A stretch of 62,990 nt of DNA, filler included, from Globobulimina sp. (GCA_003354225.1; 36 parts of 36 records of this genome joined end to end with filler, not necessarily neighbours in it); one strand, 5' to 3'; positions 24,448-37,430 are shown, numbered from the whole stretch's first letter. The notes: generated from the sequence alone by a model not told the origin. Numbers and translations are program-made.

Positions 24448-24868
24448 NNNNNNNNNNNNNNNNNNNNNNNNNNNNNNNNNNNNNNNNNNNNTTAATTAAT
24501 TAANNNNNNNNNNNNNNNNNNNNNNNNNNNNNNNNNNNNNNNNNNNNATAGTTGTTTCTGCAGTGGAGTATGATTCTGCTGCATTTGTATTCATATTTGG
24601 GGACAATCGAATTTAGAAATAATAAACCCAGAGTATGTGATATAGTCATGGAATACAGACTTGAAACTAGTGATTGTTCAATAATTATGGACACATAGCG
24701 ATCAATTTCATTCATGGGAGATGTATTTTTTTCAAGCATGTGTGACTTGGCACAAGAGGTAGTAGTGGGACAACATTCGGCTTAAAATATAAATAACAAA
24801 CAGTTACAATATTAAAAACAAGTGCGACAAGATTGTGTTCAGTAGTTTTTTTGCTTTTAAAATTTACA

Positions 24869-26125
24869 ATGTCTTCCAAAACAAGAACGAAACGAAAACC
24901 ATCATCATTTTCACAACAACCAATGAAGAAAAGCAAAGTATCAATTTCAAAGAATAGAACGAGAGAAATGTTATCTAAAAATACGAAAATTACACGTAAC
25001 ACACCAAAAAAAACAAAAAATAAAAATAAACGCAACCCATATAACAGAAACAAATCTCGTGCCATACGAGCCAAATTTATTGATTCTGCAGATAACGAAT
25101 CCACATCGACCTCCAGTTCATATGCAACAGAAACATCGTATGATAATGAAAGTGGATCGAGAGAATATGACAGTTCATCGCAAAGTGAATACACTTCGTC
25201 GTCCAACTCAAGGCATCATTATAACACACACCGAAAACAAAAACAAAAACGAAAACGAAATACAAAACGAAAAACAACAACACCGCATACAACAAGTGAT
25301 GAGGCTGATGACTTATTACAATTACACGGCAAACCGCAACAAACCAAGAAAACGTTAACAAACAACAACATACATTATAGAAACAATAACACCAACAACA
25401 TGTACAAATGTACAAATAGTACAATTCCGCCGTTACCATCACCACCCATAACCATGCCGTCATTACCAAATAAAATGTTTAATATAACCCCAATCAACGC
25501 AAATAAATCCAATAACAACGCAACGGATATATTTAGTGTGCCTTCCTGGAATGAAACGGCAAATCCAAATGTTATAAAACAGGAATTGAGCGAAGAAGAT
25601 ATGATATTGATGCAGAATGAAAGTGATGTGGACTATGACGAAAAGGAAGGTTATAATGTGAGTGAAGAAGAGGACGATATGGACGAAGAAGATGTGTATA
25701 TTCCCATACCACATATTGACACATCCATATTACGGATAGAGAAAGAGTTTGCTGCTGATAGTTATGTGAGAGAGAAGAGAGAGATTAAGCGACGGCATCA
25801 TGGGTATAATGAGAATAAAAATAGACATAGAATTGGAATATCAAAGCGATTAAGGAATCATATCAATGTACAGTCATTTGAATATTACACGGCAATGCCG
25901 AAGGAATGGTATCATGGAAGGGAGTGTGTTATTGGAATTGAGAGCGGCCGGCTAATTAATGCAAATCAACAGCGATTGAATTTTGAGTATAATGTAGCAA
26001 ATGAATTGTTGACGGATGCGATTATTAATAATAATATTGTTGAGTATCCGCAAACGTATAAAACATTGAAAAATAAAAATGAGTCAATAGTGTCAGATAT
26101 AGATGTTGAAGTTGAGTTTTTTTAA
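24869..26125 (+). CDS. Low-complexity basic/acidic protein, possibly nuclear
   Basis: Long ORF from ATG 24869 with K/R clusters and Ser- and Asp/Glu-rich tracts. Confidence 0.6.
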   Translation: MSSKTRTKRKPSSFSQQPMKKSKVSISKNRTREMLSKNTKITRNTPKKTKNKNKRNPYNRNKSRAIRAKFIDSADNESTSTSSSYATETSYDNESGSREYDSSSQSEYTSSSNSRHHYNTHRKQKQKRKRNTKRKTTTPHTTSDEADDLLQLHGKPQQTKKTLTNNNIHYRNNNTNNMYKCTNSTIPPLPSPPITMPSLPNKMFNITPINANKSNNNATDIFSVPSWNETANPNVIKQELSEEDMILMQNESDVDYDEKEGYNVSEEEDDMDEEDVYIPIPHIDTSILRIEKEFAADSYVREKREIKRRHHGYNENKNRHRIGISKRLRNHINVQSFEYYTAMPKEWYHGRECVIGIESGRLINANQQRLNFEYNVANELLTDAIINNNIVEYPQTYKTLKNKNESIVSDIDVEVEFF

Positions 26126-26457
26126 TGTATTTTTGATTGGTTGTTGTTTTTGTGTGAAAATATTTTTTATGTGTTTTTGAGTGCGAATATGTTTTTTTTC
26201 NNNNNNNNNNNNNNNNNNNNNNNNNNNNNNNNNNNNNNNNNNNNTTAATTAATTAANNNNNNNNNNNNNNNNNNNNNNNNNNNNNNNNNNNNNNNNNNNN
26301 ACTAAACGCACAATACGCACTGCCCGCAAAACAGGCAAAGTAGACACTATCCGCACATTTAAATAAATACGGCGGACGTATGGCACCTTCATCAGCATCA
26401 AACATCGGATTACATTCACGTATTTAAGACATAATGCAGTAACATCACATCGTTCAA

Positions 26458-26800
26458 TTGACACAACAGAAACATGTACAACCAAAAGATGTGCGATTAT
26501 TTAAAGAATTTACAACGCAAAACACACCAAAAATAGAATTGATAGCAGGTGCAAAGGAGCGTGCAATTAATGAAATATTTAAAGAATTCGGTTGTGTTAC
26601 AATTATCGGTGGTGATTTTAATGGGATACAAAAGTGGTAATATAAATGTTCCGGATTGGATTTATGTCAAACCACCACATAATGGACAGATATATAATAT
26701 TTCCGAACCATTATATTAAAGTATTAGAAGCAGCAAATCCAAAGCAAGCAGGTGGTGCTCCGACTGATCATAATGCTAATCCGAAAGTAGTATTTCACAA
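26458..26800 (+). pseudogene. Possible EEP/APE endonuclease-domain remnant
   Basis: IIGGDFN ... MDRYII ... PTDH occur in the expected order but are split across two frames. Confidence 0.3.
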
Positions 26801-28052
26801 TCATACCCATAATAAATTTATTTTGCAAACCATTTCAGGAAAATATTCTTGTAAAATCTGCAGTAAGTTTCAAGTAAAAAAACTCTTTAAATTTTCCAGT
26901 TTCAAGTTAATGTCAACGTGAAAAGGTTTCAAGAATATATCCAACCTGAAATTGACGCTACTTTACTCTGATACCGCCACCAAAAACAATCGAATCCGTC
27001 ACAGTTACGTACAATCACACAAATTAAACAGGCGTGTTGCAACTGAAAAATCTGGGCTCTCAAAATCAATTTCAAGCGGTTTCTGCATCGATTTACGAAA
27101 CTTTGTGCAAACTCATAGTTGCAAATGATTGATATTATGGTTGTTTGTGGTTCGCTAAACCGTCGAAAGATTACCATCAAATATTGTATTTGTTCGACAT
27201 CGATCTGTGCCGCCAGGCCAAATAATCCGTCGTATCAACTTAACATATTCCCGCAGCTCATACGCGATTTGCCCGTACAATATTGGGCGTGAATATGGTG
27301 GAATTATTGGCTTTGAATTTATCCACAATGTTCCACACCATATTACGCAGTGCATACAACACATCCAAGTCCGAGGCGCCATCATCTAACGGCACGTTTA
27401 TATTCGTACGAAGTCCTCACTCCACTCGAAGGGAAAAAGGAGCCATCATATTGATGCTGTGGTTGGTTTGCTGTGCATCGATATCGGCAGTGGCTGTATG
27501 TAAATATCGCAAGATGACAAAAAAAAACATTTAAATGATGAAAAAAAAAACATGCATGGCTTCGACATGAAACATTTAAATGATTTTATAGTGATTTAAG
27601 ATGAAAATATTTACGGTGAGTGATGTAAAAATATGCGATGGAGAATTCCACGACAGATCACTCAGAACAACAACCACAACAACAATACAAATGCGTTTAC
27701 TATAAACCCACAAACAAACATAATATGTCTCATTTGCACAAAGTATTCCATCTATTTTAGCTACACAAAGAAATTCAAGTCGCTATTTAAATTTATATTA
27801 TTTTAACCGCATCGATCAGATTTTTCAGTACGACCTTGTTCAAAGTTTGATGTTTTGTTTTTGTTTTTGTCTATTTCTCAAAGTTTTTTTTTTGTTGTTT
27901 TAAGAGAAATTAATGAAAAATGGAGATTGATTTTCAAATATTCAAAACAGACNNNNNNNNNNNNNNNNNNNNNNNNNNNNNNNNNNNNNNNNNNNNTTAA
28001 TTAATTAANNNNNNNNNNNNNNNNNNNNNNNNNNNNNNNNNNNNNNNNNNNN

Positions 28053-29319
28053 AACAATCAATGTGTCGCTGTTCATGACAATAATGGGACTCACTGCGCT
28101 ATCCACACTCGTTGTAATTGTGTACATTGCATATACTATTTTGCACCGTCAACATCGAGTATTAAAAGCTGCGTCGTGGAAATTAAAAATTGTTTCTTGC
28201 ATTGGTTGTATTATCGCATATATTTATGTCATCACAGTAGGGATGAATGAAGCAAATTTTTTATCTGTTTATGTATCTTCGATTTGTTGTAATATCCAAC
28301 TGTGGCTAATAAGTATTGCATTTACTTTATTATTTATGCCATTATTCTTGAAAACCTATAGAGTTTCGATCATATTTTCTGCCGGGATCAAAGATGTTGA
28401 TTTGACAGATTTGAGATTATTAGTGGTTGTGGCTGGGTGTACATGCATTGATATTATTTTATCGACCATATTTACTGCAGTTGCTCCACAGAAACGTTTA
28501 CAGAGTAAAAGTGTTTTGGAGACAGTTGATGCGTTACGGCAAACACAATATATTTTTGGAGAGTGTGCATCTTCGGGAATACTGGTTAATTATTTATTTT
28601 ATGGCTTCGTTGGACTGTACAAAACTATTCAAATTTTATTTGGTATTTATTGTTGTTTGGTGGTTTCCAGAATCGGCATTAAGGAAATACGTAAATTTGA
28701 TGAAACGAGTACTGAGTTATTGGCAATTACAGTCACTGTGCTGTTATGTGTATTAACTGTATTTGCGACAGTATTTATTCCTAACCATGAATTGGATTTG
28801 TTATATGGTATACAATCAAGTGTTATTATAGTAATTTGTAATATTTGTTTAGCATTTAGTTTACTGCCACGTTTTTATGCGATATGGACTGGAAATGAAG
28901 ATAAATACAAAATCACTCCACAAGATCGACTCAGAGAATTATTACAAAAACAATTTGCCGCTCCCGTTTCGACAGAGTTCAAAATGAAAACAGCACCGCC
29001 TAGAACTAGCTATACACCGCGATATAAAAGATGCCAAAATAAAAATATTAATGTCAATGTTCAAAAAAGTACAGTAAAAGACAGTAATTTAGAAGCTATT
29101 AACGTTAGTGATGTTAATTTAGGCATAGGATTACCCCAAACAATTATGACAGCAAACACATCGACCACTGAGATTATAATAGAAGAAAGTGAAAAAGACG
29201 AAAGTGATTATGATTCAATTAATGAAATGATGGATATATTGAATGAGATTGTGGATGACCATGATAATGAAATGGAAATGGAAACAATATCTGACAATAA
29301 CAAAAATCTGGAAAGATGA
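28053..29319 (+). CDS. Class C (GABA-B-like) GPCR 7TM domain, 5'-partial
   Basis: Seven TM segments; C...WLISIAFTLLFMPLFLKTYRVSIIF, KFDET, LPRF. Confidence 0.88.
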
Positions 29320-30151
29320 AAATTGCGTTTTGTATTGTTATGGCTTGTGTTTGTGTATTATTATGAAATATTATTCATCTTTACTCAAATCGATCTGACT
29401 GTTTAGATGTTTGTCGTTTAAGAGCCAGAGCCGGAGCCGAGCCCCCTTGGGGGCTCCCCACCCACCACCCCCGGAGCCCCTCGGCCTAAAACTGTGTTTT
29501 CGGAAACACGTTACTCATCTCGAAACGAAAAAGTTGAACATCAATAATATACTATTAATGGAATCATGGGAATTATTGTTTTTCAGGGAAATCCAAAAAA
29601 TCGAAAAAAAGTACTGTTTTTATGAAATTAAAAGTTTTGAGGAATCAAAAAAAACCACACTTACAAAGTTGCATCGTTTCGAAAGTAGTAATAAACAAAA
29701 CCTANNNNNNNNNNNNNNNNNNNNNNNNNNNNNNNNNNNNNNNNNNNNTTAATTAATTAANNNNNNNNNNNNNNNNNNNNNNNNNNNNNNNNNNNNNNNN
29801 NNNNTTACTGAATATGGGTAAAATACTATAAATAAAATATTAGATTATATTAGAAAATTTGTCTGATTATTTTTAAAACTCAGAAAAGTATTTTCTGACT
29901 GTTTTCTAGGACAAAATTAGAAAAACGAAACTGTGGTCAGATAATCATTTCTAAGTCAGAAAAATAATCAGAAAAGTAAGAAAATCCTTTTTCAAACCAG
30001 AATTTGAAAACGCTGCAGCCTTGCACGCAGTACACAAAATGTCGAAAGAACTGAAAAACCATTTAGTACAAACTGGAAGAACAATATCAACGTTAACAAT
30101 AATGACAATAGTAACAATGATCCGGATATTATATTACAACAGAAAATTATT

Positions 30152-31333
30152 TCAAGACAGACAATATTTTTCGTTCAATGTCGTATATTTTGAAAATTCA
30201 ACGTTTTGATTGATAAATTGAATATCTTTTTTACTTAAAATAACAAATTCCTCGCGACTCTTCCTATGACTTTTATGGCCTCCTATCAAATTATGTGAAT
30301 CTGTGATTAAACTTTTATTATCAATCTCGAGCTCTATATTTGCATTTATCCAATTTAATCGTAGCAGCAATTTGTTTGTTACTGCGAGTGGGGACTTTTT
30401 CAAGTCTTTATAGCGAATCGCTGTCATAAATTCACCATTTTCTAATAATTCAAATGCAATATTTACAGAATTACACCAATGCATTAAAATGACTGGCAAT
30501 GCATTGAGTGTTTTAATTTCATTCAATAACTGTTGCTCAGTAATACCCGCCCAAAGATTTGCCAATCTTCGACAATTTTTTACTTTGCCTCCGAATTGTC
30601 TTTGTAACAATAAATATTGCATTATTTTTATAAAATAATGTTTAAAATATTTGTATTTTGTACCCATCCTAACAACATTCTCTTTTATCCAATTGCAAGC
30701 ATTCGATGTCGAGGTTGAGATTGAAAACTCAAATGTAAACAAACTGTACATACTATCAATTTGATCAAATACGTTTCTATACAAATAAATATGTTTACAA
30801 TTATATTTTGATAATGCTTTACATATTAAATGTGCGATATTTATCACATTTGATGCCTCTTTAAATACAATTTTATTCTTTTTATAATCTGCATTTTTTA
30901 ATACATTGTATATTAACATAATTGAAACTGCTTCAATTAAATCTGAAATATTTTTATTGAATGTTTCAGCGCGATCATTTATCAACGATTTGTCATATCT
31001 AATTCGATGTGAATACAATGTTTGTATATGGTTTAAAATATTTGTTTCTTTGACACATTGGACACTCTTATGATTGGACAGCAAATTACAAATAAAATTA
31101 CCACCACAACGTCCCATGTTGTGCACAAATAATATTTCATAATCAATTTCATTTAATTTTTGCCTTATTTCAGTAACAATGGATGGCCATACTTCAAATG
31201 GAACAGAATATATTTTATTATTACAAAATGTTGCTTGTGCTTGACAGAAAAAAGCAGTCTTAGTGTGCTCATTGTCGGTTAAACATATTTGCTGCGGTGT
31301 TTGCACCATAATTACATTCGATTTATCATCCAT
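30152..31333 (-). CDS. P-loop sulfotransferase-like protein
   Basis: LFVHNMGRCGG (PSB-loop-like), V.E, IYLYRN....I.S, IRYKDL...P. Confidence 0.65.
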   Translation of the reverse strand: MDDKSNVIMVQTPQQICLTDNEHTKTAFFCQAQATFCNNKIYSVPFEVWPSIVTEIRQKLNEIDYEILFVHNMGRCGGNFICNLLSNHKSVQCVKETNILNHIQTLYSHRIRYDKSLINDRAETFNKNISDLIEAVSIMLIYNVLKNADYKKNKIVFKEASNVINIAHLICKALSKYNCKHIYLYRNVFDQIDSMYSLFTFEFSISTSTSNACNWIKENVVRMGTKYKYFKHYFIKIMQYLLLQRQFGGKVKNCRRLANLWAGITEQQLLNEIKTLNALPVILMHWCNSVNIAFELLENGEFMTAIRYKDLKKSPLAVTNKLLLRLNWINANIELEIDNKSLITDSHNLIGGHKSHRKSREEFVILSKKDIQFINQNVEFSKYTTLNEKYCLS

Positions 31334-32049
31334 GAAAAATGGTGTTAATATGGTAGTGTTTTTGAAGGTAATTCGAAGTAATTCCTTTGGAGATAGTCTG
31401 TTGGAAACAATTTGCGTATTTCGGTTGCCGAAATGTGAATAGTTATAATGATATTTNNNNNNNNNNNNNNNNNNNNNNNNNNNNNNNNNNNNNNNNNNNN
31501 TTAATTAATTAANNNNNNNNNNNNNNNNNNNNNNNNNNNNNNNNNNNNNNNNNNNNAAAAGGTGATTTTGAAATGAATTTTTGGATATGTATATCTTGAT
31601 AGATGTTTCAAAGGGACGTGAATCACTTTTTAGAACGCTTGCAGCTAAAGCCCTTCGGTAGTAAACAAAGATGGTTTTTCGAATGTTTAACCTCCGAACT
31701 TAGTTAGTCTTTCTCTAATAGAGCTATCTTATAAAATAGAAACGAAAAATAGTCTGTTTATTACATATTTTTTTTTCACTTGCAAGAAAACTTGGTGTGC
31801 GTTGTTCATTTGCATGGTGCGCGTTGTTCTTTCGATGGGTGGGAGACGAATTTGGATGGTTTGTGTGATCTATTTTTCCGTGTGCGGGGAACATTAGTTT
31901 GTTTGGTGTGGTGTATATATTTCGTGTGTGCTGGTTATACTTATTTCGTGTGCGGGCGGTGTGCGGTTATATTTTTAACATGAATATGTGTTTGCAAGTG
32001 AAAAAAAAATATGTAATAATAGCAACAATATTGGTATTTCATGCTTGTC

Positions 32050-33208
32050 AATATTGGCTAATATTGCATTAGAATTTTGTGCTCATTTTTTAATTGTTCA
32101 GTATCAATTTTTCCACATTATTTGGATCAGATTTTGCCCAAATTGTATCCGTATATTGCTTGAGGCAATCATTTTGTTGAGATGATCGACGATATGGGAA
32201 TGTCGCCATAAGATTCATGCAATATATCACAGCTCTTTCATCCACCATTTAATAAACATCATTTACCGTATCAATCATTCAAATAGAATATGATTTTTTG
32301 ACTCCTTTGTTTGATCAGGCCATCATCATGGTAACAGTATGGATGTTTGCCTTGTAATGAAGATATTGATTGGTCTGTCGTTGTTTTGTCATCATCATCA
32401 AAAATGGAATCATTTTCTTGTTCTTTCAAAAATGGAATCATCTCTGCAAATTTTTTGGGGGCCCATGGGATGAACCATTCCCAATATTGTCCACCCCATA
32501 TCATATATTTCAGACTTTACCGTATCATAAGATATCATTGAATTGTGATTCAGCCACATTTCTTCAGCTAGTTTTCTAGCACTTTGCGCAGGTTCATTAT
32601 CATTGGAATTTGTTAATGGATAATTGTCTCTACCTACATCCACCAAGTTGCTTTATCCACCAAGTCATTCAATGCTGATTCATCATGGCTGGGAACACAA
32701 TATATTTTAATAACTTCATCTGATAAATTTGCCAATGCAATGTAAATATTTATCAATACATCATCTTTGGGAATATAATCATTTTATTCTTAATATCATT
32801 GATGTAAAATTCCATAATATTGATAAGTGTCCGTGCACTGAGTGAGAGATTTATCATCTGTATAATTTTATTCTTGTAATATATATATATAAATAACGAA
32901 CATTATATCCATATATATATTCATACTTTACACTCCCATCAACTACAAAATATAACACATTGCGCCCGCATATATTTGTCTTCTCTCTGATGGACTGAAT
33001 GAAATAGCATGTAATATTTGTTCTCATCGTGATAGATGGATGGATGGATTCAAATGTAATCCATTAAAATTACATCTTTCCATCGTCGATAATGTTTTAA
33101 TTCTGATCATATTATTGTATACATTTTAGTTTTTGATAATATCCATCTTCAAAGATATTTGGATTTATATTGATTTTTGTGTTTGCTCAATCATCCATTA
33201 ATACCTTT
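32050..33208 (-). mobile_element. Degenerate non-LTR retrotransposon remnant related to 12933-13826
   Basis: Frameshifted pieces IYCVPSH...LNDLVDKA (RNase H), WLNHNSMISYDTVKSEI, WAPKKFAEMIPFLKEQEND and HPYCY match segments of ORF 12933-13826. Confidence 0.65.
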
Positions 33209-34548
33209 NNNNNNNNNNNNNNNNNNNNNNNNNNNNNNNNNNNNNNNNNNNNTTAATTAATTAANNNNNNNNNNNNNNNNNNNNNNNNNNNNNNNNNNNN
33301 NNNNNNNNTATGAAATAATTTATAAAACAGAGTTATTCAGATAATAAATAGATCAAATTTGAATCAAATGTTTTTAATTAATTAATAAATGTTAATTTGA
33401 TGCAATAAATCACTTTAAAGTTGAAAAAAAATAAATATTTTATAAATGATATTGTTTTCAAATGAAAACTAAAAACAGTAAGATAAATAATATTGAAAAG
33501 TGTATAATATATACTCTTAAAATATTATTATCGCAAATAAAAGGAATGAAATAAATTGATGCACCTTTAAATATTTAAAAAAAGGAATAAGGGATCAAAT
33601 CACACTCAAAAATAAAAGGAAAAAAAATTGATTGATTCACTTAATAAAGAAATAGGGAGCAGACAAATTAAGGCGGTTCAATTTATCACACAATTTCTCT
33701 AAAAATAAAAGTAAAAATATGAAATACAAAAGAAAAAAAAGGGTAAAACTATTAAATAACTTACTAACTTAATTGAAAATCTCCGTCGCTGTCTCTATCG
33801 TTGTCTTTATAATCGTCTTTATTATTATTTTCTGGATATTTCTCTTTAAAAAAGTCCTCCGTAAATCGATTTAATTGCTCTAAATCGCGCAAATATGGAT
33901 ACTTTCTAATATTAATATATTTTACTGACGGCTGGTCACTTCTAGCTTGAATGACGTAGTATTTTAAGCGATTTGGATCAAAAATAGAAGCGTAAAGCTC
34001 TACGCGTCCAAATTCTGTGGCTGTAAATATGTTAAAATGACCGAATCCTTGACTTACACCGTAATCCTCTTCAACTTATGGACGAGTTAAAAAGGTGCGA
34101 TATTCCGTGATACTTAATGAGGCGACGAAAAAAAATACGATGTTATAATCTCTGTTGTTTCTATGACGTTTATGTATGTCTCAAATACCTGCCGCGTATT
34201 CGTATAAATGATTGCGTATTTCTAATAATTTGTTATTTGTAATCGCAAAATTAAATGGATTGAAGGGGTCTAATTGTCGAAATTGCGCAGGTTCAAATCC
34301 TTCGAATTCTTTGATGCAAAAAATGAATTCAATTAATAATGCGGATAATATGACAGATAATAATAGTCCTACAAAGGGATGGATGTATAATGCAATTCCG
34401 GTGCAATAATTATAAAATTGGTTGTTTGCGTTGAGCGGAATGTGGCTATCTCGCTGCGTATTTGCGTATATATATTCTTGTCCGGTTCTATCGTTTGAAT
34501 GTTCTGGAGAATTATTAGGTGTATTTGGTTGAGTCATTGATGGCTGTT

Positions 34549-34794
34549 TTATATGTATGGATTAAATTGATTTTCTTCTCCCGATGATAATGAGCAATTA
34601 AGGCAGCCAAGACAGTTTCCGCCAAATTCGATATTTCCACCTAAAGATTCGCACTTATCGACTATTCGATTTGTGTCTGGTTTTGAATAGAATGAATAAT
34701 ATAATATTAAATCAATTATTTCTGCCGGCAATTTGGTTTCGATCAGGCACTCAATTAATAGTAAAACCTGGTGACGTGTGCCGTATTTATACAA
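34549..34794 (-). CDS. Short ORF with LPxEIIxLIxxY motif
   Basis: LPAEIIDLILYY resembles F-box/SOCS-box-like helices. Confidence 0.3.
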   Translation of the reverse strand: MYKYGTRHQVLLLIECLIETKLPAEIIDLILYYSFYSKPDTNRIVDKCESLGGNIEFGGNCLGCLNCSLSSGEENQFNPYI

Positions 34795-34884
34795 TAAGAT
34801 TTGCTTTATTGCTAGGTCTAATAACTTGGGTCTATCACTGGTAGCTCTAAGCTTATCCGTGACGACGGTATTGTTTAGAAAAGG

Positions 34885-34885
<1 letters not shown>

Positions 34886-34915
<30 letters not shown>
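34886..34915. repeat. (GTTA)n microsatellite
   Basis: About 7 perfect units. Confidence 0.9.
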
Positions 34916-35060
34916 AAAGGAAATAGAAAATAGCCATGAAACAAACAAATGTAAAAAAGTNNNNNNNNNNNNNNNNNNNNNNNNNNNNNNNNNNNNNNNN
35001 NNNNTTAATTAATTAANNNNNNNNNNNNNNNNNNNNNNNNNNNNNNNNNNNNNNNNNNNN

Positions 35061-36712
35061 GAAATCGTGAATTTAAAGAATTTTTATCATGTGGTGGTGG
35101 TGGTGCTGCCGCGGAGAATAATAATAATAATAATAACATAGCAAAGATCCCAGCTTTAGACAAATTTGAAGAAAGAATCGAATTTTATCGTAGTATCGCA
35201 GAATCTATATCGGCCAAAGAGACCCCACTACGAATTGATTGGTTAAAAATAGACGCATCGCCGTTAAAGCAAGCCCTACAAACTTGGATTAGTAAATGGA
35301 GTCATACCTATACATCCTTTTTAGCTGAAAATTTGAAAAATAAAATCGATGATTTATATAAGTTTATGGAAGATGTGTCGCAAGGATTAAAACAAGAAGT
35401 TAAAAAAGGCGATCTTGAGGGACTTAAATTTGTGCTGGGACTAATCCATCAAGTCCGGGTCCGACAGACTGAAACCATTGAAATGTTTGAGCCCTTAATA
35501 AAAACTGTCAAATTTTTACGCAATAATAATGTAGAAATTGACGATGAATATGTCCAGTTATTAGAGAATGCGTCATTGAAATGGGAATCCACCGTCGATA
35601 AAGTATATGTGGCCAAAGAAAAAGTGAATCCATTACAAAATGAGCAGGTGGATAATATTAAACGTAAAGTATGGGAGTTTGTCGATGAAATTAGTGAATT
35701 TCGACAAGAATTTCGAGAGAATGCACCATTTACATATAATGGCATGGAAAACGAAGATATAAATTGTGTAAATGCGGCATATCAAAGGATGATTTTTTAT
35801 CATAATGCCATCGGAGAGAAAGAGAAGGAAGCGGAGAAATTGAATGAATTGGAGAATTTATTTGAACTCCAACCATCCAAATATAGAGCCTTAACCGATT
35901 GCCGTTTGGAGAATAAATTTCTCAAAACCTTATGGGATATGATATCTCTCGTCCAATATTTATTTAAATCATGGCGGTCCACCTTATGGAATAATATTGA
36001 TACTGAAAACTTATTGTCTGAAGTAAACAAACTAAGCAAACGAATAAATGTGATGAATAAAGAGATTCGAGGATGGAAAGCTTTTCAAGGCTTACAAGAC
36101 GAAGTAAAACGATATCAAACGGTATTGCCGCTCATCAATTTATTGCACTCTGAAACCATGAAAGATAGACATTGGAAGCAAGTGATGAAAGTCACCGATA
36201 CCACCTTTGTGATGGGTGCTGATTTCAGTTTAGGTGCAATGATTGATTTAGGCGTACATAAATTTGTGGAAGATGTGGAAGAAATTGTCGAGATATCGGA
36301 TAAAGAAAATAAGATTGAAATGCAATTAAATAAACAAAATGAATTATGGTTAATTGCAGAAACAGCTCAAAAATTTGAATATGGCAAACATAGCGAGACC
36401 GGTATTACATTAATTAGAGTGCCGGAGGAGGTATTGGTAAATTTGGAGGAATCAATGTCGATATTACAAGGCATTAAAGGTCAGGGCAAATATGCACAGC
36501 ATTTTATCAAACAAGTGACGAAATGGGAGCAAGATTTGGGTGTCATCGAAACGGTAATTACGGACTGGTTGTTAGTACAAAATAAATGGTCGTCGTTGCA
36601 ATCCATATTTGTGGGCTCGCAAGATATTCGACAGCAATTACCTGAGGATAGCAAAAGATTTGATAAAATTGACAATGATTTCAAAGCATTAATGAATATA
36701 TCCACCTCTTGT
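35061..36712 (+). CDS. Axonemal dynein heavy chain, tail/DHC_N2 region (outer-arm-like), internal fragment
   Basis: Open across the contig; WLKIDASPLKQAL, LPLINLLHSETMKDRHWKQVM, WLLVQNKWSSLQSIFVGSQDIRQQLPEDSKRFDKID. Confidence 0.95.
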
Positions 36713-36812
36713 NNNNNNNNNNNNNNNNNNNNNNNNNNNNNNNNNNNNNNNNNNNNTTAATTAATTAANNNNNNNNNNNNNNNNNNNNNNNNNNNNNNNN
36801 NNNNNNNNNNNN

Positions 36813-36975
36813 GATTGGTTAATTTATATAATTGTTGGTCATTTATCATATTACCATCCAATAACAATATTTTTAAATATTTTGGCAAGTTAACCATTGT
36901 AAATGAAAAAATTCGATTATTTCGTAAATCCAACATTTCCAATGTTTGTGGTAATTTATTAAAACTTTTTATGTT
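36813..36975 (-). CDS. Leucine-rich repeat fragment
   Basis: LPQTLEMLDLRNNRI...LPKYLKILLLDGNMI. Confidence 0.55.
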
Positions 36976-37209
36976 TAGGTGATGGCTCCATTTTCAATTC
37001 TTAAAAACTTTAGGTGATGGCTCCATTTGATGGTTGGGCTAATAAGCTCGTAAATTGATTTGAAACATCCCTGCTGTTGATTAGGTGTGATAATGATGTA
37101 ATGATTGCAAGAAAACAGAAAACAACAGTCATTATTATTAAAAAGCAGTTTTTTTATTAAACGTTCTCACTTTTTGCACGGGACAGATAGTGTTTTTCAC
37201 TTTGTGACA

Positions 37210-37430
37210 ATGTCAGAGAAACAAAATATCACTGCGACGCTAGTTTCAATGGGTTTTCCTGGGAGTTATGTGCGGCGAGCATTCGCTGTTTCTGAAAAGA
37301 ATTATGGAAATACGTATAACATTGAAGTAATTACAGAAATAATTGTCCGATTACAAACGAAAGACAAAAATAAAAAGGCCCGTCAAATGACGACTCAAAT
37401 TGATGAACAAAAATATAACACATCACAAGT
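37210..37430 (+). CDS. UBA-like N-terminal exon
   Basis: TLVSMGFPGSYVRRAF. Confidence 0.5.

Noticed and set aside
36974-37029. 20-bp direct repeat TTTAGGTGATGGCTCCATTT
   Set aside because: Only two copies; most simply a small local duplication.
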